Notes: generated from the letters alone by a model not told the origin. A stretch of 64,000 nucleotides of DNA from Candidatus Nomurabacteria bacterium (GCA_963834935.1 CAWIDS010000003.1:37999-101998); one strand, 5' to 3'. Shown: positions 40,032-49,118, counted from the first letter of the stretch. A program made the numbers and translations.

Positions 40032-40415
40032 ATGAACACGGAACTTATTGAATCTATAGGATCACGAGGTGAAAATTTGCTTGAGAAAAATCTTCACAAA
40101 GATGAAACCGTTCTTGTAAAATTAGGGGGTTCATTTGGTGAAGCTTTGGTTATGACAAACAAGCACGTTTATATTATTAAGTGGGGCTTAATGACCCATA
40201 ATGTTTTTGGAGGCAATTGCAATGCTTTTGATTATGGAAATATTGTTGGACTTGAGATAAAAAGAAGTCTTATAAACGGCACTGTAGAAGTTTTAACTGC
40301 TGCAAATAAAGATGTGAAGACAAGACAATCGGTTACCCGTCGCTCTCAAGGGGGAAACCCTCAGGCTCTTTCTTCAATCGCTTTTTTCTTGTCTGATTTA
40401 TCCTGTCTATTTTAA
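40032..40415 (+). pseudogene. AT-rich bacterial PH-domain-like gene, probably 3'-truncated
   Basis: ALVMTNKHVYII...GTVEV pattern; composition changes near 40325 where it meets a convergent fragment. Confidence 0.5.
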
Positions 40416-40497
40416 ATAAGATGTCGAAAAGCCCTGCTAAATTGCGAATACCCTCTGGATCCATGGGATCCTCTACCGCTTCATATGTTACTTCCAT
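40333..40497 (-). pseudogene. Short ORF fragment (MEVTYEA...RNLAGLFDILFKIDR...KKEPEGFPLESDG)
   Basis: Hand-found 54-aa ORF; resembles, from memory only, small proteins of CPR integrative elements. Confidence 0.35.
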
Positions 40498-40581
40498 ATT
40501 TTTTTATGAATATGACTTATAAACGAGACACCGACAGATGTCTCGCTAGGGGAATTCGTTCAGATGATCCGAAAGGAAAAT

Positions 40582-41118
40582 ATGCCTGAATCAGAACCGG
40601 AGCAACAGCTCCAAAACCTACGAACGTACCTCACCATCAGCGAGCCTTTCAGACACTACCGCGGCAAATTAGGCAACGGCTGGACAGGAACAGGAATGTT
40701 CCTTGAGCTAAAAGATTCGAGTCCACGGCAATACTCGATCAGTTCGACTGGCGCAATAGCCAGATACGCGTGCTCATGAACCACCGGGCGAAACTTCGTC
40801 GAGACGGTCAACTGGCCGCATTTGAGGAACTCAGCTGCGCACTCACCAACCCTGACTTCGTCATTACTGACGAAGAGCTTCCACTTCACAAGAGAACTCC
40901 CGGCGTCCTGCTTTTGTACTACCCTGAGCGGATACTGGAATTGATCAAGTGGATGAAGCTCGTTAGTCCGGAGATAGTGGACTTGCAGCTTGGTCATCCT
41001 GGATCATTTGCATTTGGATATGAATGATTCGCTCTTCGACCTCAAGCGCTGGCGGGATCAGGAAAATGAACCCGACAAGAATGAAATAGGGCTGAAACTT
41101 CATTTCCTTGAAAATTAA
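40582..41118 (+). pseudogene. Hypothetical gene with two apparent frameshifts (~40710, ~40990)
   Basis: AAAGGA RBS; three overlapping frames join into one ~178-aa ORF; terminator 41136-41175. Confidence 0.45.
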
Positions 41119-41198
41119 GCAGTTTGATTTCTCACACACTCAGTCCGGACGAAAGTCTAGACGGGGTGTTTTTTATTTCAAATTGGTATACTGTCCCC

Positions 41199-41657
41199 AT
41201 GCAAAATTACTGGCTCATAAAAAGCGAACCGACCTGCTATTCGATTGACGACCTTGCAAGGGACAGGCAAACGCTCTGGACCGGAGTCAGGAATTACCAA
41301 GCACGGAATTTCATGAGGGATGAGATGAAGCCGGGCGACCTTGCTCTATTTTATCATTCAAGCACCGAGGTGATCGGCGTCGTTGGCGTTGCAGAAATAT
41401 CCGGTCCGTCCGTATTCGATAAGACAGCCTTAGACAAGAAAGATGATCATTTCGACCCGAAAGCCACCAGGCAAGATCCGATCTGGTATGCGGCACAAAT
41501 AAAATTCAAAAGAAAATTGGCAAAGCCAGTGACATTGGTACAGATAAAATTCAACCCGAAGCTCAAAGGCATCATGGTAGCAGCTACCGGATCGCGCCTT
41601 TCCGTCCAACCTGTCTCGGAAGCTCATTACAAGGAAATCATTGCCATGGCGGAATAA
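41199..41657 (+). CDS. EVE domain protein
   Basis: YWLIKSEP, WTGVRNYQARN, FYHS, RLSVQPV. Confidence 0.95.
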   Translation: MQNYWLIKSEPTCYSIDDLARDRQTLWTGVRNYQARNFMRDEMKPGDLALFYHSSTEVIGVVGVAEISGPSVFDKTALDKKDDHFDPKATRQDPIWYAAQIKFKRKLAKPVTLVQIKFNPKLKGIMVAATGSRLSVQPVSEAHYKEIIAMAE

Positions 41658-41700
41658 TTAACCAATTCTCTCTGTCCAGATTTTTTATTATAATATATCC

Positions 41701-42666
41701 ATGAGCACCGAAAAGAAATTCGCTTTCCTCCGCATCGCCTTCGGCTGCGTTTGGGCTATTGATGCCTGGTTCAAGTGGCAGCCTGCATTCCTTAATGGTC
41801 TCAGCGACATGCTGACATCAATGCTCGCCGGCCAGCCGGGGTGGGTCCAGGCATGGATCAACCTCTGGATATCCATAATCAGCATCAATCCTCACTTTTT
41901 TGCTCTCATCATCGCCCTCACTGAGACCGCAATTGCCCTCTCCCTCATCTTTGGCTTCCTTACCCACATTACGCTGGCCACAAGCATCGTTTTCTCGCTG
42001 CTCATCTGGTCTGTCGGAGAAGGATTCGGCGGCCCATATGCGGCAGGCTCGACAGACATGGGCTGTGCCGTTATATATGCATTCGTTGCCGCTGCCTTGT
42101 GGTTCGGCCATTCATGGAGAGCTTACAGCGCTGACAGCCTCATATGGAAAGATCCCCATCATGTTGCCGTCGTCCGCGAAGATAAGAAAGATACCATCAT
42201 CAAGCTTCTAATTCTTGGCATCATTATCCTTGGCTCGATCATTCTATCTGCTCACGTACCCGCAGCAACAGCGCCTTCTGATCAAAGCATAAGCACCGGT
42301 CCCGGCGCCATGGCGCCTGCAGGCATGACACTGAAAACACTCGACCTTGCTCCGACTGATCCTGTTCCCACCGTCGCTTTCACTATCAATAAGGATCCTG
42401 TGGCCATGGGCGGCTGGGATGTGCATATCACCACCACGAACTTCATCTTCACGCCGCAGAACGTGAATCAGGCGCCCGTCGTAGATCAGGGCCATGCGCA
42501 TTTGTATGTCGACAGCAAGATGTATGTCGTCTACGGTAATTGGTATCACCTCGACGATGTCCCTCCCGGACAGCATCTCATAACCGTCTCCCTTATGGCC
42601 AATGACCACAGCATTTTCTCGAAAAACAGGCAATGGATCGAAGCCACGACAACGATTAACCAATAG
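41701..42666 (+). CDS. DoxX-like membrane protein fused to a His-rich beta domain
   Basis: RIAFGCVWAIDAWFKWQP, EGFGGPY; C-terminal GHAHLYVD, WYHL, ANDH. Confidence 0.75.
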   Translation: MSTEKKFAFLRIAFGCVWAIDAWFKWQPAFLNGLSDMLTSMLAGQPGWVQAWINLWISIISINPHFFALIIALTETAIALSLIFGFLTHITLATSIVFSLLIWSVGEGFGGPYAAGSTDMGCAVIYAFVAAALWFGHSWRAYSADSLIWKDPHHVAVVREDKKDTIIKLLILGIIILGSIILSAHVPAATAPSDQSISTGPGAMAPAGMTLKTLDLAPTDPVPTVAFTINKDPVAMGGWDVHITTTNFIFTPQNVNQAPVVDQGHAHLYVDSKMYVVYGNWYHLDDVPPGQHLITVSLMANDHSIFSKNRQWIEATTTINQ

Positions 42667-42677
42667 AAAGTTAGAAA

Positions 42678-42710
42678 AAATAAAAATCCCCTTGCTGGGG
42701 ATTTTTATTT
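42678..42710. terminator. Bidirectional terminator
   Basis: AAATAAAAATCCCC-ttgct-GGGGATTTTTATTT between convergent genes. Confidence 0.85.
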
Positions 42711-42727
42711 GTCAGATCAACGTTGCC

Positions 42728-43549
42728 TTAGAATCCGAAGATGTGCATGAAGAACTGGCCGATACCTGCCAAGAAGCCTTTAGGCTTGGCATTTTGGGGT
42801 CCTGGAGCAGGATTTGCGCCTCCGGAATTAGCACCCGCTTGTCGATCAATGATGGTAGATGCAGCGATAGCATTTCCATTTATGGTTCCCTGGACGACAA
42901 CAGTATCACCGACTGCGATATTTGAGATGCTTGCAGCGGTGTTTCCTTCAACAACTTTGGCATTCGTGGCATCAACAGTATACGAGACGTTGCTTGAATT
43001 AGTGATGACGACGGAGTCTCCGTTAATCGATGCCACTTTTCCAGCAACTATAGGATTTCCATTGCCCACGAAGGGTGCTGTGCCGGAAGCTGAGCGGGGT
43101 CCGCCTTGTGCACCCGGTGCGCCGCGCATGCCGACGCCGTCACGTATTATGGTTGCAGTGACATTCGTTCCGCTCACTGTTCCCTGGACGAAGACATTGT
43201 CGCCAGTTGCGATGTTTGAAACGCTGCTTGTAGCATTATTCTTCATCACAATCGCATTTGTCGCATCGACTGTATAAGTGACCGACGCAGCGCCCGAGCC
43301 CATGCCCTGACGGCCGCTGACCGTGATGGAATTTCCATTCACAGCCGAAACAGTACCAACAACCGCAGGACGCATGCCTCCCATCCTATATCCGCCTGGA
43401 CCCCGACCTTGCTGTCCCGAGCCTCCGCTAATACCAACATTAACGTTCGCGTTAACACCTACGCTCTGGGCAGAAGCAGGGAGAGTCAGTGAAAGGCTGG
43501 TAAAAAGGGCTGCTATGGCAATGATTGAAGCGATTTTCTTGATTTTCAT
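42728..43549 (-). CDS. Secreted protein with two DUF5666-like repeats
   Basis: Signal peptide; two repeats of YTVDATNA...SNIAxGDxVxVQG. Confidence 0.85.
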   Translation of the reverse strand: MKIKKIASIIAIAALFTSLSLTLPASAQSVGVNANVNVGISGGSGQQGRGPGGYRMGGMRPAVVGTVSAVNGNSITVSGRQGMGSGAASVTYTVDATNAIVMKNNATSSVSNIATGDNVFVQGTVSGTNVTATIIRDGVGMRGAPGAQGGPRSASGTAPFVGNGNPIVAGKVASINGDSVVITNSSNVSYTVDATNAKVVEGNTAASISNIAVGDTVVVQGTINGNAIAASTIIDRQAGANSGGANPAPGPQNAKPKGFLAGIGQFFMHIFGF

Positions 43550-43602
43550 TTGATTTTTAAGGGTTAGTCTAATAACAAGGCTTCACAGCCTCATACTCTT
43601 AA

Positions 43603-43628
43603 TACGTTCCCTGTGGCAAAAGGTTGCA
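43603..43628 (-). promoter_or_regulatory. ECF-type promoter
   Basis: TGCAAC-N16-CGTA about 55 nt upstream of the DUF5666 gene. Confidence 0.65.
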
Positions 43629-43687
43629 TCAATGCTTTTTTACACCACATTTATGCTTTTGTTACAAAAAGTGAGATAATACACGCA

Positions 43688-44389
43688 ATGAAAGGGAAAA
43701 TAGCAATCATCACCGGAGGCGAGCGAGGCTTAGGAAAAGCTTTGGCAGTACTTCTCAGATCAAAAGGGGTTGAAGTGGTCATTTGCGGCGTCGAAAAAGA
43801 AGAGCTTGAGAAAACCGCGAATGAGCTCGGCGTTACGCCCTTTTTTGCTGATGTTTCTGAGGAAGAAGAGGTGAAGAATGCGGCGAGAGAGACGCTTGCG
43901 CGCTTCGGCGCGATAGATATATGGATAAACAATGCGGGCGTCTGGATTCCGCGCATGCCGATCGAAGAAATCGACACTCAAAAAGCAAAACGGCTTTTTG
44001 AGGTTAATGTCTTCGGATCAATCTTCGGAATGAAATCGGCGGTCGCTGCGATGAAGGATCGAGAAGGCGGAACGATCATCAATATTCTCTCCACTACTGT
44101 GTTTCCCGGCGGCAACGGATCAAGCTCATGCATCTACACCTCAAGCAAATCGGCAATCAAGGGATTCGCCGAAGCGCTTCGCGAGGAACTCAAAGGAACA
44201 GCTATCAGGATAATCAACGCCTACCCCGGCGGAATAAAGACAGACCTCTTCAATGAGAAGATTCCCGCAAACATCGGCGACTTCATGACGCCTGAATCGG
44301 TCTCGGAAAAGATCGTCGCTAATCTCGAAAAAGAAAATCCTGAGCTCGATCTCATCATCAAGCGTCCGGGACAAAGCATCATCTTATGA
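43688..44389 (+). CDS. Short-chain dehydrogenase/reductase
   Basis: TGGERGLG, NNAG, YTSSK. Confidence 0.93.
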   Translation: MKGKIAIITGGERGLGKALAVLLRSKGVEVVICGVEKEELEKTANELGVTPFFADVSEEEEVKNAARETLARFGAIDIWINNAGVWIPRMPIEEIDTQKAKRLFEVNVFGSIFGMKSAVAAMKDREGGTIINILSTTVFPGGNGSSSCIYTSSKSAIKGFAEALREELKGTAIRIINAYPGGIKTDLFNEKIPANIGDFMTPESVSEKIVANLEKENPELDLIIKRPGQSIIL

Positions 44390-44662
44390 AAAAGACAAAA
44401 CTCGAAACGATGAGAAAAAAACTGAATGTACTCGATGAAAGGCTCATCCGCATCCTTGCAAAAAGGCAGTCTTACATGCCGGCAATCGGCGCTTGGAAAA
44501 AAAGAATGCAAGCTGCCCATAAGTTACCCTGCGCGAGAAAGAGAGATCATCAAGAATATGCGCGCGCTTGCAAAGGAGAAAAATATTGACCCTGACCTAA
44601 TCGAGAAGATATTCAAAGCAATCTTCAAGGACGCAAAAAGGATTCAGAGGTATAATGACTAG
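44386..44662 (+). pseudogene. Chorismate mutase (AroQ type), frameshifted at an A7 run (44497-44503)
   Basis: LETMRKKLNVLDERLIRILAKR...AWKK in one frame, ECKLPISYPARERE...IFKAI in the next; six A instead of seven restores a 91-aa protein. Confidence 0.8.
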
Positions 44663-45079
44663 ATGAAAGGGAAAAATCAAAATGAAAGAGAATACAGGGA
44701 ATACAAACGTCCGAGCTGGGCTCCACCATCGTGGCTTTTTGCGCCGGTATGGAGCTTCCTTTATGCCCTGATATTGGTCTCGTTCAGCTATGCAGGCTAT
44801 CTCTATCTCGCCCGTGTGATACCCTTCATTGTACTGCTGCCGTTCATCCTCAACATTATCTTCAATGTCACCTACACGACATTTCAATTCAAGCTGAAGA
44901 ATTTCGTGCTCGCTTCCATTGATGTGCTTCTTATCCTCGGCACCCTCATCTGGGCAATGATAACAGTCTATCCTTTCGTCCATTGGGTCACCGTCATCAA
45001 CATCCCTTATCTGCTCTGGGTTTCCTTCGCTACCATCCTTGAATTCACCGTAGTCACGATGAACTGGAATAGGAAATAG
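44663..45079 (+). CDS. TspO/MBR family protein
   Basis: RPSWAPPSWLFAPVW, PYLLWVSFA. Confidence 0.92.
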   Translation: MKGKNQNEREYREYKRPSWAPPSWLFAPVWSFLYALILVSFSYAGYLYLARVIPFIVLLPFILNIIFNVTYTTFQFKLKNFVLASIDVLLILGTLIWAMITVYPFVHWVTVINIPYLLWVSFATILEFTVVTMNWNRK

Positions 45080-45132
45080 ACGGAAAATAAAAAAGCTTGC
45101 ATAAATGCAAGCCTGCTGGCTAACAGCGAAAC

Positions 45133-46026
45133 CTAAACAACCTTGAACGGGCCGAAAAGCAAGTGCTGCTTTGTCTGCTTGGCGAATGCCGCCAATGCCC
45201 TGTCGAAAGCTTCCCTCTCTATGTCCTTCATCTCGACCTCGATAGCGAAGTGATAAATATACTCCTTCACGTGAACCGAGTGGATCTGGACCAGATTCAG
45301 TTTCTCTTCCTTGAACGGCAGCAGCGCGTTCACAAGCGAGCCCGAGTCATGAGAAATGCTGAAGACTATCAATGCTCGCTCCACTTCCCCTTTCTTTCTT
45401 CCATCAGCAACTGCCGTGCTCCGGGGAGTAAGAAGGAAGAAAGCGGTGATTGCCTCACTATCTTCAAAAGCATTATCAAGGATATCCAGTCCATACTTGA
45501 GCGCGGCAGACTTCGGACCAAGTGCTGCGCAATCGGCATATCGTTCATCTTCTGCCACCAGTCTCGCGGCCTCGCCATTGCTCGAAACCTCAAGCGTCGG
45601 CATGGCATTCTCAGCGATCCTGTTTTTGCATGCGCCAAGCGCCTTCGGGTGCGCTATGATTCTCGAAACGGAAGATTTACTCATCCCCTTCTGTACCATC
45701 AGGCAAAAATGAAGTTTCAGCCTGACGGCTCCTGCTACCTGTAAAGGGCAATTTTCGTTTTTGCCATAGGATTGTAGGAGCTCGATGAACGACTCGAGCG
45801 GCTCGGTAACCCTGCCTTGAGCACGCGTCTCCATGGCAATCGCGCCGTATCCGCCATGAGCAATGACCGTTTTTATGATTTCCGCATTTGATGAAGCCGG
45901 AATGCAATTGCTTTCCGATTCTGAATCTGCGACTTGCGGCGCACCGAATATCTCTGCAAGCGCCACATAGGCATCATGCGAGAAGGTAGCCCCGACAGGT
46001 CCGAGGAATGTGATTTTTGGTTTCAT
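45133..46026 (-). CDS. pheA: Prephenate dehydratase with ACT domain (divergent)
   Basis: FLGPVGATFS, HPKALGAC, SSNGEAA, C-terminal ACT (GSLVNAL...LNLVQI). Confidence 0.8.
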   Translation of the reverse strand: MKPKITFLGPVGATFSHDAYVALAEIFGAPQVADSESESNCIPASSNAEIIKTVIAHGGYGAIAMETRAQGRVTEPLESFIELLQSYGKNENCPLQVAGAVRLKLHFCLMVQKGMSKSSVSRIIAHPKALGACKNRIAENAMPTLEVSSNGEAARLVAEDERYADCAALGPKSAALKYGLDILDNAFEDSEAITAFFLLTPRSTAVADGRKKGEVERALIVFSISHDSGSLVNALLPFKEEKLNLVQIHSVHVKEYIYHFAIEVEMKDIEREAFDRALAAFAKQTKQHLLFGPFKVV

Positions 46027-46065
46027 TTTTTATTTTCTGTTTTACTATCGTTTAAAGGACAGTCC

Positions 46066-46105
46066 AAAAAACAAAAACCGCCATCCGGAGTGGATGGCGG
46101 TTTTT
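46066..46105 (-). terminator. Attenuator terminator upstream of pheA
   Basis: AAAAACCGCCATCC-actcc-GGATGGCGGTTTTT-GTTTTTT. Confidence 0.85.
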
Positions 46106-46116
46106 GAATCTAGATC

Positions 46117-46191
46117 TTATACGCGCGCCAACTCCCTCCGGTTTTCCGTTTCGTTGAAAAAGAATCCAAAAAAAATATTTGCTCGTATCAT
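46117..46191 (-). CDS. Phe-rich leader peptide, 24 aa (MIRANIFFGFFFNETENRRELARV)
   Basis: Hand-found; 5 Phe within 6 codons; TAATAT-N6-ATG; overlaps the antiterminator arm. Confidence 0.8.
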   Translation of the reverse strand: MIRANIFFGFFFNETENRRELARV

Positions 46192-46210
46192 GAGGTTATA
46201 TTAGCAGATT

Positions 46211-46453
46211 TTAGCGGTCTAAGCAACACTTGCAATTCTTCGCTGCTACCTTTGATCCTGCTCCGATGATGAGAAGTATCGGCCAGACGATGCTGAAGAC
46301 GAAGAATGTTATGACATTGAATTCGACAAGCAATACTGCAATGGCGAAAATGATGACGAGGATAGGGGTGATATTGTGATGCTGGCATCCGCAGACCTTA
46401 CCGCCCGATGAGGCGATTCTGTGTTCGTGGTTATGTTCGTGTTCTTCAGGCAT
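46211..46453 (-). CDS. Small His/Cys-rich two-TM protein
   Basis: HEHNHEH, CGCQHH, CKCC. Confidence 0.7.
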   Translation of the reverse strand: MPEEHEHNHEHRIASSGGKVCGCQHHNITPILVIIFAIAVLLVEFNVITFFVFSIVWPILLIIGAGSKVAAKNCKCCLDR

Positions 46454-46502
46454 ATGTTTTTATTTGAATATTATTATTGATAGAAGTACATTATAGCACA
46501 CC

Positions 46503-47486
46503 TTATTTAGAGGCAATATCGATAACGGCAAGCTCAAGCGGCAATTCTGCCAAAGGGCTCATCTTCATGTCCTGATAGGCTGAAAGAAGGCGTAGCAGCG
46601 TCTGAGACGAAATGACAGGGTTCTTCGGCAAATCCGGCGTAGTGACCGATGAAAGCAAGAGGCTGCGGAAACGTTCAATCAGTATTTCCGCGCATTTGAT
46701 CATATCGATTCCTTTTTCCTGAAGCTTCTTTATTATCTTAAGTGCTTCAGGAGCATCTTTGGAAACGATGGCATCGACAAGCGATTGCATGAGGCTCTCC
46801 TTAGGCGCGCCGAGGATTGTCTCAGCTTCAGACAAAGAGATCTTCTTGTCATTCGAAGCGGAAATTATCTTTTCCAAAGTGCCGTAGCTGTCGCGAAACG
46901 AACCATCCCCGAAAAGAGCGATCAGGTCAGAAACTCCTTCTTCGAGCTTCACTTCTTCTTTCTTGGCTGCATCTTCGATCACTTCTTTCAGCACGGCGCG
47001 CGATGGCTTCTTAAAGATGAAAGTCTGGCATCGCGAAAGGATAGTATCGGGTACTTTTTCTATCTCGGTAGTAGCAAGGATGAAGATGACATGCGCAGGA
47101 GGCTCTTCCAGAGTCTTCAGGAATGCATTCCAGGCCGATTTCGAAAGCATATGGACCTCGTCAAGAATATATATCTTGTAATCCGAGCGGAACGGCAGAG
47201 TGTAGACGCCATCGTTCAATTCCTTTATGTTCTCGACGCTCGTATGCGACGCAGCATCGATCTCATAGATGTCATCAGGAGAAACACCGAGCGTGTCGGC
47301 AAAGATCCGAGCAATGCTCGTCTTGCCTGTTCCCCGTGATCCGGAAAAAAGATAGGCATGTGAAATCTTCTTGTTTTTTATCGCACCTTCAAGGGCGATG
47401 ACTGCCTGTTCTTGCCCGACTACTTCCTTGAACGTGTGTGGGCGGTATTTCCGATAAAGGGCTTGGTGAGGGGTAATATTTTTCAT
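46503..47486 (-). CDS. dnaX: DNA polymerase III gamma/tau (short form)
   Basis: LYRKYRP, GSRGTGKT, EIDAAS, DEVHML, TILSRC. Confidence 0.95.
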   Translation of the reverse strand: MKNITPHQALYRKYRPHTFKEVVGQEQAVIALEGAIKNKKISHAYLFSGSRGTGKTSIARIFADTLGVSPDDIYEIDAASHTSVENIKELNDGVYTLPFRSDYKIYILDEVHMLSKSAWNAFLKTLEEPPAHVIFILATTEIEKVPDTILSRCQTFIFKKPSRAVLKEVIEDAAKKEEVKLEEGVSDLIALFGDGSFRDSYGTLEKIISASNDKKISLSEAETILGAPKESLMQSLVDAIVSKDAPEALKIIKKLQEKGIDMIKCAEILIERFRSLLLSSVTTPDLPKNPVISSQTLLRLLSAYQDMKMSPLAELPLELAVIDIASK

Positions 47487-48319
47487 ATCATAATTGCCTG
47501 AAGCTCTGCCAAGGCCCTATCGCCTTCGGCCTGAGTGGGCGCTTTGCCGTGCCACTCGAATTTCTTCTCGAATTCCTTCACTCCTTTGCCAGGAATGGTA
47601 TTTGCGAGGATGACCACCGGCCGATTATGGATCGACTTCGCTTCTTCGACAGTGGAAATTATCTCGTCGAAATTATGCCCATTTATCTCGAAGACATGCC
47701 AATTGAATGACTGCCACTTGTCTGAAAGCGGCTCGAGCGGCATGACATTCTCGGTGAAGCCGTCGATCTGGATATTGTTGCGATCGACGATAGCGATCAG
47801 GTTGCTTAGTTTTTCCTTGCCAGCAAGCATGATTGCCTCCCAATTCTGGCCTTCGTCCAGCTCTCCATCGCCAAGGAAACAATAGACGAAGCGCTCCTCA
47901 TTATTGTCATGACGGAGCGAGAGGGCCATGCCGACTGCCTGCGAAAGGCCTGAGCCAAGCGGTCCTGAGCTTGTTTCAAGTATCGACAGGAATTCTCGAT
48001 GAGGATGGCCTTGGAGGCGCGAGCCGAATTTTCGCAAAGTCTGCAATTCTTCTACCGGGAAATAACCTGCATGCGCCATAGCCGCGTAAAGGACCGGACA
48101 AATGTGGCCATTCGAGAGCACTACCAAATCCCGTTCCGCCCAAGTGGGATTCTTCGGGTCATGACGCAAAAGATAGAAATAGAAGGCAGTGAAAACATCT
48201 GCCATGCCAAGAGGGCCGGCAGTATGTCCCGACTTGGCTTCCACTAGCATCCTAATGATGGATTGCCGCACGCCGTTAGCCTTGATCTCCAATTCTTGCC
48301 TTTCGTTATCGGTAATCAT
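47483..48319 (-). CDS. Transketolase, N-terminal subunit
   Basis: SGH, LSNGH, LQGHP, GDGE TPP motif, WHG. Confidence 0.95.
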   Translation of the reverse strand: MITDNERQELEIKANGVRQSIIRMLVEAKSGHTAGPLGMADVFTAFYFYLLRHDPKNPTWAERDLVVLSNGHICPVLYAAMAHAGYFPVEELQTLRKFGSRLQGHPHREFLSILETSSGPLGSGLSQAVGMALSLRHDNNEERFVYCFLGDGELDEGQNWEAIMLAGKEKLSNLIAIVDRNNIQIDGFTENVMPLEPLSDKWQSFNWHVFEINGHNFDEIISTVEEAKSIHNRPVVILANTIPGKGVKEFEKKFEWHGKAPTQAEGDRALAELQAIMI

Positions 48320-48353
48320 AGTATTATTCTAACATACGTTATATAATTTTTAT

Positions 48354-49109
48354 ATGAAAAAAAATCCTTCCTTCTGGCTCTCGTTGATTGTTATCCTTGC
48401 GGTCGGCGGAACGTTCATCTATCTGATTCTCATAACCACCCAGAAGATAGTGAAGCAAGCGGCAGCCCTCCCCCAGAACGCGACTTCGACGGCAGAGGAT
48501 ACCAATCCATGCAGCCAAGTGGACGTTCCGGGGCCTTCGTACAATATCCACGTGAAAGATGGCTTGCCCAATTACACCATTCAGGCTTACGTGAGCCACA
48601 AGAATAATTCAACAAGCACCGATTGCTATCAGGTGATAAATAATTCCAATTCGACGAGATATCTTCTGGAAAGTGGAGAGGATGATTCTGGCAATCCAGT
48701 TTATGAGAGTGCCACTGATTCATCTGATGACGGCGCAGTGCAGGCAGGCGATTTCAATTTCGACGGGTATAAGGACATAATGATTACCGTTAGCACTGGC
48801 GCTACAGGAAACACCGACAATGACTTTTTCCTTTATAATCCATCCACTAAGAAATTCGAATTCGACCAAGCTCTGACTGGGGCAGACATAACCGGGCTGG
48901 ATCAGAATGGAAATCTCTATTATTTCAGCAATTGGTGCGCGGGATGCGGCATAACTCAGACATACAAATATGTGAACGGCAAGCTTACCATGACCAAATC
49001 AGTAAGCGATGATGTGAATCGGACAACTGGCAAATGGACGGAAACGATTGTGGATTATTCTGACGGAAAATACTCGACAACGACAAAAAGCATCGATCCT
49101 CAGTATTAA
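48354..49109 (+). CDS. Hypothetical exported protein with a DFNFDG (FG-GAP-like) motif
   Basis: N-terminal TM; GDFNFDGYKDI, GATGN. Confidence 0.75.
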   Translation: MKKNPSFWLSLIVILAVGGTFIYLILITTQKIVKQAAALPQNATSTAEDTNPCSQVDVPGPSYNIHVKDGLPNYTIQAYVSHKNNSTSTDCYQVINNSNSTRYLLESGEDDSGNPVYESATDSSDDGAVQAGDFNFDGYKDIMITVSTGATGNTDNDFFLYNPSTKKFEFDQALTGADITGLDQNGNLYYFSNWCAGCGITQTYKYVNGKLTMTKSVSDDVNRTTGKWTETIVDYSDGKYSTTTKSIDPQY

Positions 49110-49118
49110 CCTGCCGTA

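Noticed and set aside
41136-41175. Hammerhead ribozyme (GGACGAAA)
   Set aside because: No CUGAUGA core; it is a simple GAAA-loop hairpin with T-run, i.e. a terminator
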